From a virus, in IMG/VR virus record IMGVR_UViG_3300042731_007944, positions 40,988 to 104,987 of that record: a DNA stretch of 64,000 nt; one strand, 5' to 3'. Of this stretch, positions 47,856 to 58,217 are shown piece by piece. The notes beneath the pieces were generated by a model. That model was not told where the DNA came from, did not search any database, and saw nothing but the letters and a program-made list of their open reading frames with translations. The position numbers and the translations under genes were made by a program. Positions within the stretch are counted from its first letter, which is position 1, and each line of letters starts with the position of its first letter.

Positions 47856-48600
47856 GATTCAAGACGTATAACCCGGCCAGCCCGCCAGGAAACCAATGAT
47901 TCATCCAGGTCCGCCCGTCTGAAATCTCGTACCCGTGCGCCAGACTTGCCGCTGTACTGAGCGTCTGAAACGAATTTGTGGAATGCCAACGAGACGACTT
48001 CAACTCCAACACCTTCACCTTCTCAATTTCATTCATGAGGCCCACGTGCAACCCGGCCTTCAGACATATCTGATGCGAGGCGTGATCGATCCCGTTGACG
48101 TTCCCGCCGTCCGGATAGAGTTTCCAGTTCAATTTGTCCATCCCGGCGGCGGTGATCATGCGTCCGTTGCCGTCCGGCTCACTGGCACGGCTGCCCTGAT
48201 ACCCGCGTGCAATCACCTCTCCGGTCTCGACATTCAGCACGTTAAACACGCTTTTCCCGGTCACATCAAGATGGTTGCGCATCATGTAGTCATACCCGAT
48301 TCGGCAGTAGTCATCCGTGAGCCAGGAGTCTGAGCCGGTTGTCACAATCGCCAGCGGGTTCAACTTGCGGGCGTAGTCGATCCCGGCCTGATATTTCTCT
48401 GACAAGGGCAGGTTTTTGTGTTGCACGTACAGACAGCCGGTTTCTTTCGCCATGCGGTACTCTGCGTCTGAGTCGCCAACGACCACCACGTTGATCGGAA
48501 CCGTCTGCCACAACAGGCGCTCACAGGTCAAGCGCGTGATCGCTTCACGCGCCGGGGTGTCAAAATGGATGGCGAGGACCGCCACAATCGCTCTATTCAT
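47848..48600 (-). CDS. GT-A-fold glycosyltransferase-like protein
   Basis: NLPLSEKYQAG, TGSDSW; operon context. Confidence 0.6.
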   Translation of the reverse strand: MNRAIVAVLAIHFDTPAREAITRLTCERLLWQTVPINVVVVGDSDAEYRMAKETGCLYVQHKNLPLSEKYQAGIDYARKLNPLAIVTTGSDSWLTDDYCRIGYDYMMRNHLDVTGKSVFNVLNVETGEVIARGYQGSRASEPDGNGRMITAAGMDKLNWKLYPDGGNVNGIDHASHQICLKAGLHVGLMNEIEKVKVLELKSSRWHSTNSFQTLSTAASLAHGYEISDGRTWMNHWFPGGLAGLYVLNHG

Positions 48601-49331
48601 TGAAGATCTGCTTCCGTTCGTTCAGGCGGAGGGACATACACGTTCCCGGCCTGGATCTGCTGTTTGCGTGCTGAAAAATGCGACAGGGCCGTATGCAGGA
48701 TCTCCCATTTCATCTGACGATAGGCGCTGTCTGCGTCCACATCGTCGCCGTGGTGCACAGAGACGTCATCCCCCACAAAATAATTCAGCAGGCCCGTCTG
48801 TCGAATGCGTAAGCCCCAATCAGAATCTCCTAGCCCGTACTTGCCATACCCTTCATAGAAATAGCCGATCCGATCATGCAGCGATCGGGACCAAAGACCA
48901 CCGCCAAACACCGCCCCTTTCACGACCTTGATCGCGATCCCGTTGCGGACTTCCGGCGTGCCGTGATCCTTGCCCACACAATAGAACCCTACCATGCCGG
49001 TCTCTGGGATCACGGCTGCCGCTGTCACGAGTTTCTTGAGCCATTGTGTCGGATATTCAATATCCCCGGCAATATAGGCAATATACTCACCGGATGCCCG
49101 GAGGACCAATTGGTTGAGCATCTGATAATTGCCCTGATTTTCACGGTTGCGCCGAAAATAGACCGGGTTGAGGGCCTGAATCAGATCGGCGACCTCGTGC
49201 GAATTTGTGCCGTTGTCACAGACCAAAAATTCGATATCTTGCCATCCAGCGCGGGCAAACGTCTGTGGTAAGCAACGATGCAGCATCTTGACCCTGGGGG
49301 CCGGGCCGACATTCAAAATAATCGAAATCAT
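48597..49331 (-). CDS. GT2-family glycosyltransferase
   Basis: LVCDNGT, ASGEYIAY, IGYFYEGY..YGLGDSDW. Confidence 0.85.
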   Translation of the reverse strand: MISIILNVGPAPRVKMLHRCLPQTFARAGWQDIEFLVCDNGTNSHEVADLIQALNPVYFRRNRENQGNYQMLNQLVLRASGEYIAYIAGDIEYPTQWLKKLVTAAAVIPETGMVGFYCVGKDHGTPEVRNGIAIKVVKGAVFGGGLWSRSLHDRIGYFYEGYGKYGLGDSDWGLRIRQTGLLNYFVGDDVSVHHGDDVDADSAYRQMKWEILHTALSHFSARKQQIQAGNVYVPPPERTEADLQ

Positions 49332-50347
49332 ACGCCACCTCCGACGACATGACGCCGAAATTGGGTGTCATAGACCTCGGCGACGCTCAAGAAGTGCTGC
49401 TGCAATTCGTCAACGACAGGCCCTGTCCCATTTCGCGCCAATGCCGCTGCTCGCGCCAGGCGTGATTCAATCTGTTGGGGCGAGGCGTACAGCAGCCGAT
49501 CAGCCTGCTCAATTCCGGTTGTCCATTCCGGCCACTTCGGCCCCACGGTCAGCATGCCGCCAAACGTCGCCTCAAGTTGGGCAATATTGCTTTTGGCCCG
49601 GTTAAAGGCATTGTCACGGAGCGGGACGACCATCATGTCTGCGCGTGGCCCGTCTGCGATCAGCCATCGAAAATAGGCTTCCATCGGAATTTCCCCCCGT
49701 TGATACACAGGACAGAGCGCTGTGAGTCGTTCAATCAGCCATTGCGGGGCGATGCCGACAAGATGCCATTCAACGGTGTGCTGCTTCGAGAATGCCAGAA
49801 TGCCGTCAGCAGAATCGATCCAATCTGCTGCATGGGTTTGTGACCCTCGCCAGAGAAGTTTCAGCCGTTCTCCCGGGGGCTGCGGGGCGGTACAGATCCG
49901 CCAGCGGACCGGGAGCCGATTGCGGATGATCTGGATTTTCTCATGATAGCGTTCCGGGAAGGCGTGTTGAAAGGCGGCTGTTGACACGGTGACGCGATCC
50001 GCCATATCCGCACATTTCAGGATGCCGTTTTTAACCGCCGTGGGATCGACGTAATAGAGGCGGGCCTGATTGCCGGGCGGAATTTCCCACAGCAGATCAT
50101 CCCAATCACACCAGACCGGGACCTGACAGTCTCTGGCGATCTTGAGCACCTCAAAATGGGATGACGTACACGGGCGCTGCAGCACCACAAGCGACTTATC
50201 CGCAATCGTGGACCAGGCCACCCGTTCAGCACGGTGTAAAACGATTTGTGTGTCAGGATCGCGGGCCAGGTCGCCAAATGGCCCCCAACCGCGGTAAAAT
50301 GAAGTCGCGTCTTTTTCATCTGGGCATAAGAGGAGGATATGATTCAT
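49328..50347 (-). CDS. GT-B-fold glycosyltransferase
   Basis: DWDDLLW, ADRVTVST, VPLRDNAFNRAKSNI..LE. Confidence 0.8.
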   Translation of the reverse strand: MNHILLLCPDEKDATSFYRGWGPFGDLARDPDTQIVLHRAERVAWSTIADKSLVVLQRPCTSSHFEVLKIARDCQVPVWCDWDDLLWEIPPGNQARLYYVDPTAVKNGILKCADMADRVTVSTAAFQHAFPERYHEKIQIIRNRLPVRWRICTAPQPPGERLKLLWRGSQTHAADWIDSADGILAFSKQHTVEWHLVGIAPQWLIERLTALCPVYQRGEIPMEAYFRWLIADGPRADMMVVPLRDNAFNRAKSNIAQLEATFGGMLTVGPKWPEWTTGIEQADRLLYASPQQIESRLARAAALARNGTGPVVDELQQHFLSVAEVYDTQFRRHVVGGGV

Positions 50348-50355
50348 GCGGGGGG

Positions 50356-50406
50356 ACTATAGCAGATCGTGAAGAAATGCGCAAGAAGTTTTGTGAAAAA
50401 TTTAAT
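50356..50406 (-). promoter_or_regulatory. Promoter of the glycosyltransferase cluster
   Basis: TTGCGC-17-TATAGT; operator-like GTGAAAAATTTAAT at 50393. Confidence 0.45.
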
Positions 50407-50452
50407 TATTTTCTTCGGAGGGTACGTTCAAGACATCTCCTTTTCCTTCCAT

Positions 50453-52291
50453 TTATCGATGACGAAAGCGGTCATACGCGCTGCGGGCCGGTGGTTGATT
50501 CCGGCGCGGTTCCTGGCTCTGGGCGGGTTTCTTGCGCGGGCGCTTCTGTAATTGTGTATACAGCATGGTCATGGCGTCAGCCGTATCAATTTTATACTCG
50601 ATCTCCATCAGCTTATGGGTATTCGTTCCGGGTATCCAGCCACACCATTGCGTGACAAGCAAATCCTGCTGCGAGTGCCCGCTCATGACATGAATGCGTT
50701 GCTGTTCAAGCTCCGGACGGATGGCGAGCAGGCGTAAATCCTTATTCCCTCCGGGCGGGACCTCTTTTACGGGCAATGGATCCCAGAAGTCTGCGCGGGA
50801 CGGGTGTCTGTGTTGCGCATTTTCAGCCCCCTGCTGAAAAAACGACCGGCCTAACCCTTTCGCCGACACAATCGCTTCGAGGAAGACAGAGGCCGTGCGA
50901 TCCTGGGTGCGAAACTGCCGCCAATAGATCTCATGCGCGACGGAGAGCAGCTTTTCCGGTGTGGCCTGATCGCTCCAGACCTCCAGAATATACAAATCCC
51001 GTGTTGTCAGGTTAAACGCCCCTGCGACAATCGCCATCGGATCCGTGCCTTCTTTCGGCTCACCACTGGTATCAATTGCCAACCCGAACCGATAGAGCCC
51101 ACGTGGTAACGTGCCGTCATACGGGACAAACCACTCACGGAACACCTTTTGAAAGGCCGCGTCTGATGTGACATGTTGGCGCTCTTGCATGAAGGCCCCA
51201 GTGTCCTCTGCCGCGTCAAACACAAAAAACGCCATCGAATAGACCTCCGGCCAATAACTCTGTAACGCGCCATCTCTTCCGAGAAACCCGTCTTCGTCGC
51301 CTTCGTCCGGGATCGCAAAAAACGGCGCGTATTTCTCCCGGTTCGCGCGGATATATGCCCAGCGCTCCCGGTCAGTAATTTCCAACTCCTCCGGGGAAAT
51401 CTCCTCGGCGTCAAGTTGCGCCTCTTTCTCTCGTTCGATCTGGTCGCAAAAGTCGCTGATGTGACGGGCGTCTTCTGAGATCACGGCCATTAACTGTTTG
51501 ATCCGATCCGGATGTCCATTGATCGCCGGAATCTTAATGACCTTGACCATCGGAGACTGCGACAGTTGCCACGCGGCGTCCGTCTGGCTGATCGAGGTCC
51601 CTAAATAGCACCGTCGTAAAATGCCTTCACCAGGCAGTGGCCCGGCCTTTGCCAGATCCTTTGTGATCATGTCATAGATAAACTTTGTCTCTGACCGGCT
51701 TTTGGCGTTCTTCAGGTCAACGAGATCATTACAGATGGCGAGCGTGATCCGGTGTTCATGATGGGTTGAACCACGGCTTTTCAATTGGTTCAACCCCATA
51801 AATCGAATGATGCAGCCGTTTGTAAAATTCAGTTCGCCGCTGGACGGCGACCAGGGCGTAGATGGGCGCACGTCCGGAAAGTCGTGAATGACCTTTTGAT
51901 TTTCCTCAAACACCTTCACGAATTTCTGGACAATCGTTCCGGCCAGATCGCCATCATGCTCGATCTGGACGATATACGGCTCCAGGCTATAACAGACGGC
52001 ATGGAGGGCGATAAGAAACAGGATCGTGCTTTTGCCTGCCCCTCTCGGCAAAAGGACTAAGACGATCCTTGATGTCCGGGTTTGCATGGCCTGAAACATC
52101 AAGAAATGATGCGGGGCATACTCGGCAGTCACATAGTCCGGAATGTAGGTTTTTCCGAAGAGAGGGATGTCGCGTTCGCATGCCAGACGATCAGGGAGGA
52201 AGATGACGTCTTTCCCGGTAGGGACCGCTACGGTGAAATGAACAGCACGACGAGCGTTTTCTTGATAGCGGCGTTGACGGCGTTTCAGCAT
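50453..52291 (-). CDS. Terminase large subunit
   Basis: PRGAGKST, ICNDL, RNase H-like AIDTS, DTADA. Confidence 0.85.
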   Translation of the reverse strand: MLKRRQRRYQENARRAVHFTVAVPTGKDVIFLPDRLACERDIPLFGKTYIPDYVTAEYAPHHFLMFQAMQTRTSRIVLVLLPRGAGKSTILFLIALHAVCYSLEPYIVQIEHDGDLAGTIVQKFVKVFEENQKVIHDFPDVRPSTPWSPSSGELNFTNGCIIRFMGLNQLKSRGSTHHEHRITLAICNDLVDLKNAKSRSETKFIYDMITKDLAKAGPLPGEGILRRCYLGTSISQTDAAWQLSQSPMVKVIKIPAINGHPDRIKQLMAVISEDARHISDFCDQIEREKEAQLDAEEISPEELEITDRERWAYIRANREKYAPFFAIPDEGDEDGFLGRDGALQSYWPEVYSMAFFVFDAAEDTGAFMQERQHVTSDAAFQKVFREWFVPYDGTLPRGLYRFGLAIDTSGEPKEGTDPMAIVAGAFNLTTRDLYILEVWSDQATPEKLLSVAHEIYWRQFRTQDRTASVFLEAIVSAKGLGRSFFQQGAENAQHRHPSRADFWDPLPVKEVPPGGNKDLRLLAIRPELEQQRIHVMSGHSQQDLLVTQWCGWIPGTNTHKLMEIEYKIDTADAMTMLYTQLQKRPRKKPAQSQEPRRNQPPARSAYDRFRHR

Positions 52292-52295
52292 CGCA

Positions 52296-52769
52296 TCACC
52301 GCCCTAATTCTGCAAGTTTCTGTCGGTGGACCTCAAGACAGTCATTCAACAGGTGCGCGGCCTGCGTGGAATCTTCAAGGGCGTAGTGTTCCCGTATCCA
52401 CTCTATCGCCATCATCGCCCCTTCGATGATTTGTAGGACTGGTAGGGCTTCGGCCTGATTCAGCATTTTTTCACGGGAGGCCATGTGATTCGCAATGGTC
52501 ACAGAAAGATCTCGGTGTGCCTGGAAATTGTCTTTCGAGAGGGTGAGTGCATAATAGGAGAGATCGCCAATTACCACCTCAAGATCGGCAATGCTGGTAT
52601 CAATGCCGTGCTTTGGGCAAACGTCTTTTGTCCATCCACATACTCTCGCTTTTTTAATGATGGTAGATTTAGCGATTGTTGTACGGTTCTTTATGGTCGC
52701 TAAATCATAGCCTAATTTATAGAGCCGTTCCGCCTCTTCCCAGGCAGCTTTCGGTTTTGGTTTCGCCAT
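52296..52769 (-). CDS. Putative terminase small subunit
   Basis: N-terminal HTH (AERLY...GW) directly before terL. Confidence 0.65.
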   Translation of the reverse strand: MAKPKPKAAWEEAERLYKLGYDLATIKNRTTIAKSTIIKKARVCGWTKDVCPKHGIDTSIADLEVVIGDLSYYALTLSKDNFQAHRDLSVTIANHMASREKMLNQAEALPVLQIIEGAMMAIEWIREHYALEDSTQAAHLLNDCLEVHRQKLAELGR

Positions 52770-52941
52770 TAAGTGGATACCTAAAGCATTATGACATAAA
52801 TCTTTCTCTTTTGTTAGTATCGAAAATTCGCCGTCTTGTGAATTTAGGTACAAGATAACAGGGCGGGAGCGGTTTGGCAAGGAATTTTTTGTGGGGGCTG
52901 CGTTTCAGCCTAGCTCTGGAGGACAGAGAAATGGCGTGCAG

Positions 52942-53157
52942 TCAGACGGGTTTCAGCAGTTCCTGACAGGCGGCCCGTATTTCTCGTTTACGAGGATTGT
53001 GGGCGCTCACGCCCCGGACATAATACTGAATGGCATCAGTCCATTGCTTTCCGGTTCGAGGCGTGGCCGCCTGTTCCAAAATCGTTTTGTACTGTGCCGG
53101 TTCGTGATAGTGCTTCAGCCATTCACGGATGTAGTCTTGCAATTTTTTACTGTCCAT
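52942..53157 (-). CDS. Hypothetical protein
   Basis: GAGG RBS. Confidence 0.55.
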   Translation of the reverse strand: MDSKKLQDYIREWLKHYHEPAQYKTILEQAATPRTGKQWTDAIQYYVRGVSAHNPRKREIRAACQELLKPV

Positions 53158-53584
53158 AGTATTTCACCTCGAACAATCCGAGTTGTCCCTTACACGCCAT
53201 GAACGGCAACGGCTCCGGGTGTTCCAGCACCCAATGCCACTGCCCTTTTATCGCCCAGATGCTCGGATGGTTCTGCACGCAATCCACCAGATCGACCTTG
53301 CCGACAATGCCACCCGTCAAGAAGACCTCGCCAAACGTCCGCTTGCCGCTCTCTCGTATCCACTGCTTGACGATCTCTATCGTGATGCCATAACGTTCCA
53401 TCACAAGATCGAACATCTCCGGATCGATACTAGCTTTCCCACTTTGGATGTTCTCATCCCACAACTTCCCGGCATGGATAAACAACGGGCCGCGATAGGG
53501 CGTGTACCATGTCCGGTTTTCAATATTTTTGCCCTGGTGTAAGATAAGCCAACTCCAGGGTTGTCTAATACTCAACGTTTTCAT
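53147..53584 (-). CDS. ASCH-domain protein
   Basis: LSIRQPW, GKNIENRTW, IHAG, KGQLGLF. Confidence 0.9.
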   Translation of the reverse strand: MKTLSIRQPWSWLILHQGKNIENRTWYTPYRGPLFIHAGKLWDENIQSGKASIDPEMFDLVMERYGITIEIVKQWIRESGKRTFGEVFLTGGIVGKVDLVDCVQNHPSIWAIKGQWHWVLEHPEPLPFMACKGQLGLFEVKYYGQ

Positions 53585-53940
53585 GACGTTCCACCATTCG
53601 CGAATTTGAGTAGAACATCCACATGACACGGACCATCCAGCGAACACCAGCAGACAAGATCCTTGCCTCCAAGCTCGCGCTGTAACCGCTGTAAATACCC
53701 AGGACTTTGGCAAAGTTGCGCCATCAATGCCTCATACAGCCGAACCGCATCCTCTCTCGTAATCTTGTAGCTGGCTGGCAGATCAGCCATACCGCAACGG
53801 TGAACATAAATATCCGGGATGTCACGAAGCGGCATGCCTTCCTTGTATGGGTTCCCGTATTTCGTCGGACGCCCGACATACACGGCATTTTCAGGCATCC
53901 GCCAGCCTTTCGTGCGTTTTCGTTGTATGCGTTTTGGCAT
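53581..53940 (-). CDS. DUF4326-like protein
   Basis: RIQRKRTKGWRMP, YVGRPTKYGNPY, LGGKDLVCWC...CHVDVL. Confidence 0.85.
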   Translation of the reverse strand: MPKRIQRKRTKGWRMPENAVYVGRPTKYGNPYKEGMPLRDIPDIYVHRCGMADLPASYKITREDAVRLYEALMAQLCQSPGYLQRLQRELGGKDLVCWCSLDGPCHVDVLLKFANGGTS

Positions 53941-53947
53941 TACTTTT

Positions 53948-54664
53948 TCACCTCAGTTCAGTCAAACTCCGTTTCAAGTAATAGCTCGCGCCGTAGCGTT
54001 CAAGCTGTTCCGTGATGTCCTCTCGAAATTTCAACCAGTCTACGCCGTGCGCGGCCTTGTGATAGTTCAACTTGCCGACCTTCCAATGATCGACCACATC
54101 ATGCAACATTTCGACTACGTTCAACGCTTGGCCTGGATAAATCACTGGTTCCATGCTGACCCACGTCGGAATGCCGCGTATCTTTGCGGCTCGAAGCACC
54201 GCGATCCGTTCTGAAATACTGGCGGCGTTCGGTTCCCATTCCGCCGCACTCTCATCATTGTCGAAGACGAGACTTGTCCCAAATCGCGCCTTGTCATAGC
54301 GTTCCAACAAGTCAAAGTCTCGCACTGCCCGCTTGCCACCCTTCGTCAAAATCGTAAACGGCAAGTTGTGCGCAATGAAGAGTTCTAGCGCCTGTCGTGT
54401 CACCCCTAACTCAACCTCAGCATGTTGGTACACATCGCCCTGGAAACTCAAGAGAATTTCCGGCGTGTGTCCATTTAGGCGTGAGACATCTTTCCGTAAT
54501 TTCGCGATAACGTCACGCTTTGGCGCGGCATCCTGATAGTACGCCTCTTGTTTATAGCGCTTGCCATAGCAATACTCACACCCGTGCGTACAGCCATTGT
54601 AGGGATTGCAGGCAAGATCGGCATACTCACGAGCACGGCCCTGGGGAATGTATAAAATATTCAT
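53948..54664 (-). CDS. Radical SAM protein (SplB-like)
   Basis: NPYNGCTHGCEYCY, ILTKG, WVSMEP. Confidence 0.85.
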   Translation of the reverse strand: MNILYIPQGRAREYADLACNPYNGCTHGCEYCYGKRYKQEAYYQDAAPKRDVIAKLRKDVSRLNGHTPEILLSFQGDVYQHAEVELGVTRQALELFIAHNLPFTILTKGGKRAVRDFDLLERYDKARFGTSLVFDNDESAAEWEPNAASISERIAVLRAAKIRGIPTWVSMEPVIYPGQALNVVEMLHDVVDHWKVGKLNYHKAAHGVDWLKFREDITEQLERYGASYYLKRSLTELR

Positions 54665-55041
54665 CGGTTTTCCTCCTCGCTGTCTTCAGACGCAAGCACC
54701 TTTCCACATGACGCGCAGCGAAACGTAAGATACGACACCTGCGCCGCTGTGTCTCCACAGGCATCACAATATTTCGTGACAAAGACCTGTGCCGTATTAT
54801 CCGGGTGAATATACCGCTGAATAATAGGGATGGCCCTTTCCCATGACACCTGCCAGATGACCTCATACAGCGCCGGACGAAACCGTTTGATCACATCGGC
54901 CAACAACCCCGTGTGATCAAACGACGGATATTTTAGCTTCCAGTCATTCTCCTTTGGAATATCAGCGATCACATAATATTTCCATTCTGCCATCATGTAG
55001 GCGATCAATGCCGTATGAATGGCAACGTCTTCATTTTTCAT
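54661..55041 (-). CDS. Hypothetical Zn-ribbon protein
   Basis: CDAC...CASC. Confidence 0.55.
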   Translation of the reverse strand: MKNEDVAIHTALIAYMMAEWKYYVIADIPKENDWKLKYPSFDHTGLLADVIKRFRPALYEVIWQVSWERAIPIIQRYIHPDNTAQVFVTKYCDACGDTAAQVSYLTFRCASCGKVLASEDSEEENR

Positions 55042-56114
55042 GGCATTTCCACCTCGCAGGCGCTGGTCAGCATCCCGTAATCAAGTAATTTTGCGAGGTG
55101 CTGTATTCCCGCTTTCACCGAACCGAACTGGTCAATAAACGCCGTTTGCACATGAGACCAGTCTTTATTTCCAACCGTATCTAGATCGACACCATATCCG
55201 GTAGTCCTTGCTGTCGGCACAGAATAATCATAGAGGCATTCATCCGTTTCCTCGCCGTCTCCATCAACAGCATACTTACAAAATTCATCGTCAGTATTTT
55301 TGCCATCGATGGTAAGCTGCCAATCACGAACAGGCACAGGACGTTTTAGATCGAAAAGTGTTCGTTGAATCGCCTCATTCATCCGTCGTTCAAGACTCTC
55401 TTCCGGCAAGCTCTTCCAAAAGGGAATTCCAGGGATATCATCACTGAGAACATGGCATCTCAAGTTATTTTGCCGTTCAGGGAGAGGATGACTGTGTTTG
55501 TACTCATCAGCAAATTTTCGACATTCTTCATGTTTTTCATGCCAAAAACGATAGGCGATGCCTTTCACAGCAACCTCAATTTTTTTGGCAAGTTGTTCGA
55601 CAGATTCTTCAGTATACTCATCTGGATACGTTTTCCGCAGCCATGCCTCAGACGCGAATTCAAATTCCTCGTCCGTATACTGCCCGGCCCAATGCCCTGA
55701 GTCAACCAACACAACACCGTGCGTCTCTTTGGCCCATTTGTGGCAGTGTTTCCCCCATTCAACAAACAGAGCGGATTGCTCATTGCTAAGTTCTCTCGTC
55801 AACGGATTTTTCAGTAAATACCCAAATGGCGAGACACTTGTCGGCGTTACCGTGAGAAAGACGCCTTCCATTGGCGTGACAAGAATCCACTTACAGAGTT
55901 CTTTATCGTTATCCCACCCATTTGCCGGGTATCCAAACCGGCGAAAGCCATAGGCCATAAGATGCCCAACATCAAATGTCTGAATCCCGCAATAATGATA
56001 AGCAATGCCGGATGGTTCCAACAACCCGCCCGTTCCTCCTCGCGCCGGAAGGATCTCATCCAGGGTCTGAATCGGCATCACCGTAAACCCATCGTCAAAA
56101 ATATGGATATTCAT
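55038..56114 (-). CDS. Hypothetical protein
   Basis: Long ORF with GAGGAGG RBS. Confidence 0.7.
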   Translation of the reverse strand: MNIHIFDDGFTVMPIQTLDEILPARGGTGGLLEPSGIAYHYCGIQTFDVGHLMAYGFRRFGYPANGWDNDKELCKWILVTPMEGVFLTVTPTSVSPFGYLLKNPLTRELSNEQSALFVEWGKHCHKWAKETHGVVLVDSGHWAGQYTDEEFEFASEAWLRKTYPDEYTEESVEQLAKKIEVAVKGIAYRFWHEKHEECRKFADEYKHSHPLPERQNNLRCHVLSDDIPGIPFWKSLPEESLERRMNEAIQRTLFDLKRPVPVRDWQLTIDGKNTDDEFCKYAVDGDGEETDECLYDYSVPTARTTGYGVDLDTVGNKDWSHVQTAFIDQFGSVKAGIQHLAKLLDYGMLTSACEVEMP

Positions 56115-56364
56115 GGTATTTCCTCCTCGCAGGCGTCACGCCCTGCGTTTCTGTCGTTTTCTCCGTTTCTTATATTTCGGCAGGCCCTTCCAGAACGGGT
56201 CCGGATCGGCCCATTCCTCGTTCTCGTGTTCCGGCTGTGGTGGAGAACAATACACACGCCGCCCTTGTGTCAAAGCATAGGCTTCTTCGTAGGAGTAGCC
56301 AGGCCCGACAAAGGTGGTATCCGTCACGTCTCGGAACCGGACGCCGTTAATGGTGATGTACCAT

Positions 56365-56646
56365 TCAATCGTGACCACACCTTTCCCTCTGCTGTTTGAG
56401 GTATTCTTGCAATTTCTGGGCATGTGTCGTGAGTTGCGAAAGCCGGGCCAACTGCTCTTCATACAAATCGTTCGCGATATTCTCTTTTTCTTCCTGTCGC
56501 GGAGAGAATGCATGAAAGCAGGTCAACACTCCACCAGCGACGACATTCGCCCAAAGTTGCCGAACCCCACGAAAGGCGATCAGGTTGTCTTCAATTTCTT
56601 GAATATGCTTCAACGTGGTTCGATCTATTATATCAAATTTATACAT
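56365..56646 (-). CDS. Hypothetical protein
   Basis: GAGGTGA RBS. Confidence 0.55.
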   Translation of the reverse strand: MYKFDIIDRTTLKHIQEIEDNLIAFRGVRQLWANVVAGGVLTCFHAFSPRQEEKENIANDLYEEQLARLSQLTTHAQKLQEYLKQQRERCGHD

Positions 56647-56654
56647 CGCTCACC

Positions 56655-56855
56655 TCACCCCGTTTCCCGCAAGTGATCGGCCAACTCACCAATCGCCCAC
56701 ACCTTGATAACATCAGGGTTGATGGGGATCGCAACCCGAACAATCTTATCAAATGGCATGTCGAGTATGTCGGCGATCTGTTTCAGCTTGTCAGGGTTGC
56801 CTCCTTGCACGAAAAACTTGCTCTTCCCAATAATAACTCTACATATTTTGTTCAT
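56655..56855 (-). CDS. Hypothetical protein
   Basis: ORF in gene chain. Confidence 0.5.
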   Translation of the reverse strand: MNKICRVIIGKSKFFVQGGNPDKLKQIADILDMPFDKIVRVAIPINPDVIKVWAIGELADHLRETG

Positions 56856-56927
56856 CGCGTTACCTGCTTGTGTTCACCCTACTAGCACCATCAGGCCGCG
56901 CAGCCTGATGGTGCTAGGGAATTTCCT

Positions 56928-57152
56928 TCAGATAATATCGAGAGCCCTGAGATGGTCCACCTGCTCAGAGTCACAGCCGAAATTATCTAACAGATCGTTT
57001 TCAGCCCGATCAAAATCTCGCTCTGGATCGGGATAGTCTTCCGCATGCGTGTCCATATACTCCCAGACTATCGCATTCCATTCCGTTTCGTCCTCACAGG
57101 CGAGAATCTGGGGACAAATCATCTGATATTCTGCTACGTCAATATTCATCAA
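56928..57152 (-). CDS. Small acidic protein
   Basis: GAGGTGA RBS; followed by a 15-bp hairpin at ~56882-56918. Confidence 0.55.
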   Translation of the reverse strand: MMNIDVAEYQMICPQILACEDETEWNAIVWEYMDTHAEDYPDPERDFDRAENDLLDNFGCDSEQVDHLRALDII

Positions 57153-57158
57153 ATCACC

Positions 57159-58217
57159 TCAATTTCCCAGCACCCCCAGGCCGCGCAAGTACTGCTGCGT
57201 GGTGGTGATGGTTTTGTGTCCGAGTTCTTTCCTGACCCGTTCCAAATCATGATCTTTCTGATACTCTTTAATGGCGTAATAGTGCCTGAAGTCATGTGGA
57301 CTATAGGCATATTTCACGATCCCCTGCTTGTGTAACTGCCTACAGGTTGTGTGAATCCCGCGCCGGATCGAATCCACCTTAAAACCCTTGAACGGCTCCG
57401 GGTAGTCAGGGAGCACACGTAACGACTTGATTAACTCTTTCGACAAGCCACGCTTGACTATCGGTTTCTCCTTCGAGGTACCATAGAGTACCTTTTGACG
57501 CTCATGAATAGAAATCGTCGGCATAATCCCGACACGAACCCCATACTGATAAAACAGCAGAATCATAGGATACTGCCAGATCGCCTTGTCCCTGAGCGTC
57601 TTTCGGATATCGCTCTCTTCCGAGGCATCTCGCCACGTCAACAGCATCTGGAGCAGTGCCTCGACTTCCGACTTTTGCGGAACCCGGTATTTCGGATACA
57701 CCGTCACTTTCGGCAATTTTATGTGGTGAAATGGGTTTGACGGGACATGCCGATCCCGAACGAGTTTGCCATACAATGAGGACACACACCAGATCCGATG
57801 TCGGATCGTCACGGCATGGTTCTGTTTGTCGCTGTGATGATACATCTGATACAAAAAGAGCAGATATTCATCAGCGACCTCTGACGTCACATCCAGAACA
57901 TGCGTGCGCCGGGTATCCAGAAACGTCTTAAAAATCTCATACGCTTTCCGGTACGCTGTCTGCGTCTTTTGCGACTGATAGCGCTGAATCCAGACATCGA
58001 CATACGCGCCCAACGGAAACCGGCGCTTTTCCGCTTCCCGTTCGACTTTCTCTTCTACCCGGCTGTTCGCAATCTTCTGCGCAAATTTCGCCAGGACGTC
58101 TGGATCGACGGTCGTTAAATCGAGTTGATCGATGAGATCGAACGACGTTGACAGTTTATTCAGGATATCGTTCGAGGTCAGGGCCTCACTGCTGTTGTTG
58201 ACGTTGAGTGCGTTCAT
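57159..58217 (-). CDS. Tyrosine recombinase
   Basis: YGVR, HDFRH, LGH, TQQY; SAM-like N-terminal domain. Confidence 0.9.
   Translation of the reverse strand: MNALNVNNSSEALTSNDILNKLSTSFDLIDQLDLTTVDPDVLAKFAQKIANSRVEEKVEREAEKRRFPLGAYVDVWIQRYQSQKTQTAYRKAYEIFKTFLDTRRTHVLDVTSEVADEYLLFLYQMYHHSDKQNHAVTIRHRIWCVSSLYGKLVRDRHVPSNPFHHIKLPKVTVYPKYRVPQKSEVEALLQMLLTWRDASEESDIRKTLRDKAIWQYPMILLFYQYGVRVGIMPTISIHERQKVLYGTSKEKPIVKRGLSKELIKSLRVLPDYPEPFKGFKVDSIRRGIHTTCRQLHKQGIVKYAYSPHDFRHYYAIKEYQKDHDLERVRKELGHKTITTTQQYLRGLGVLGN

Noticed and set aside
57159-58217. Calling the recombinase IntI
   Set aside because: No IntI-specific insertion before the HxxR motif, and it lies downstream of and co-oriented with the cassettes
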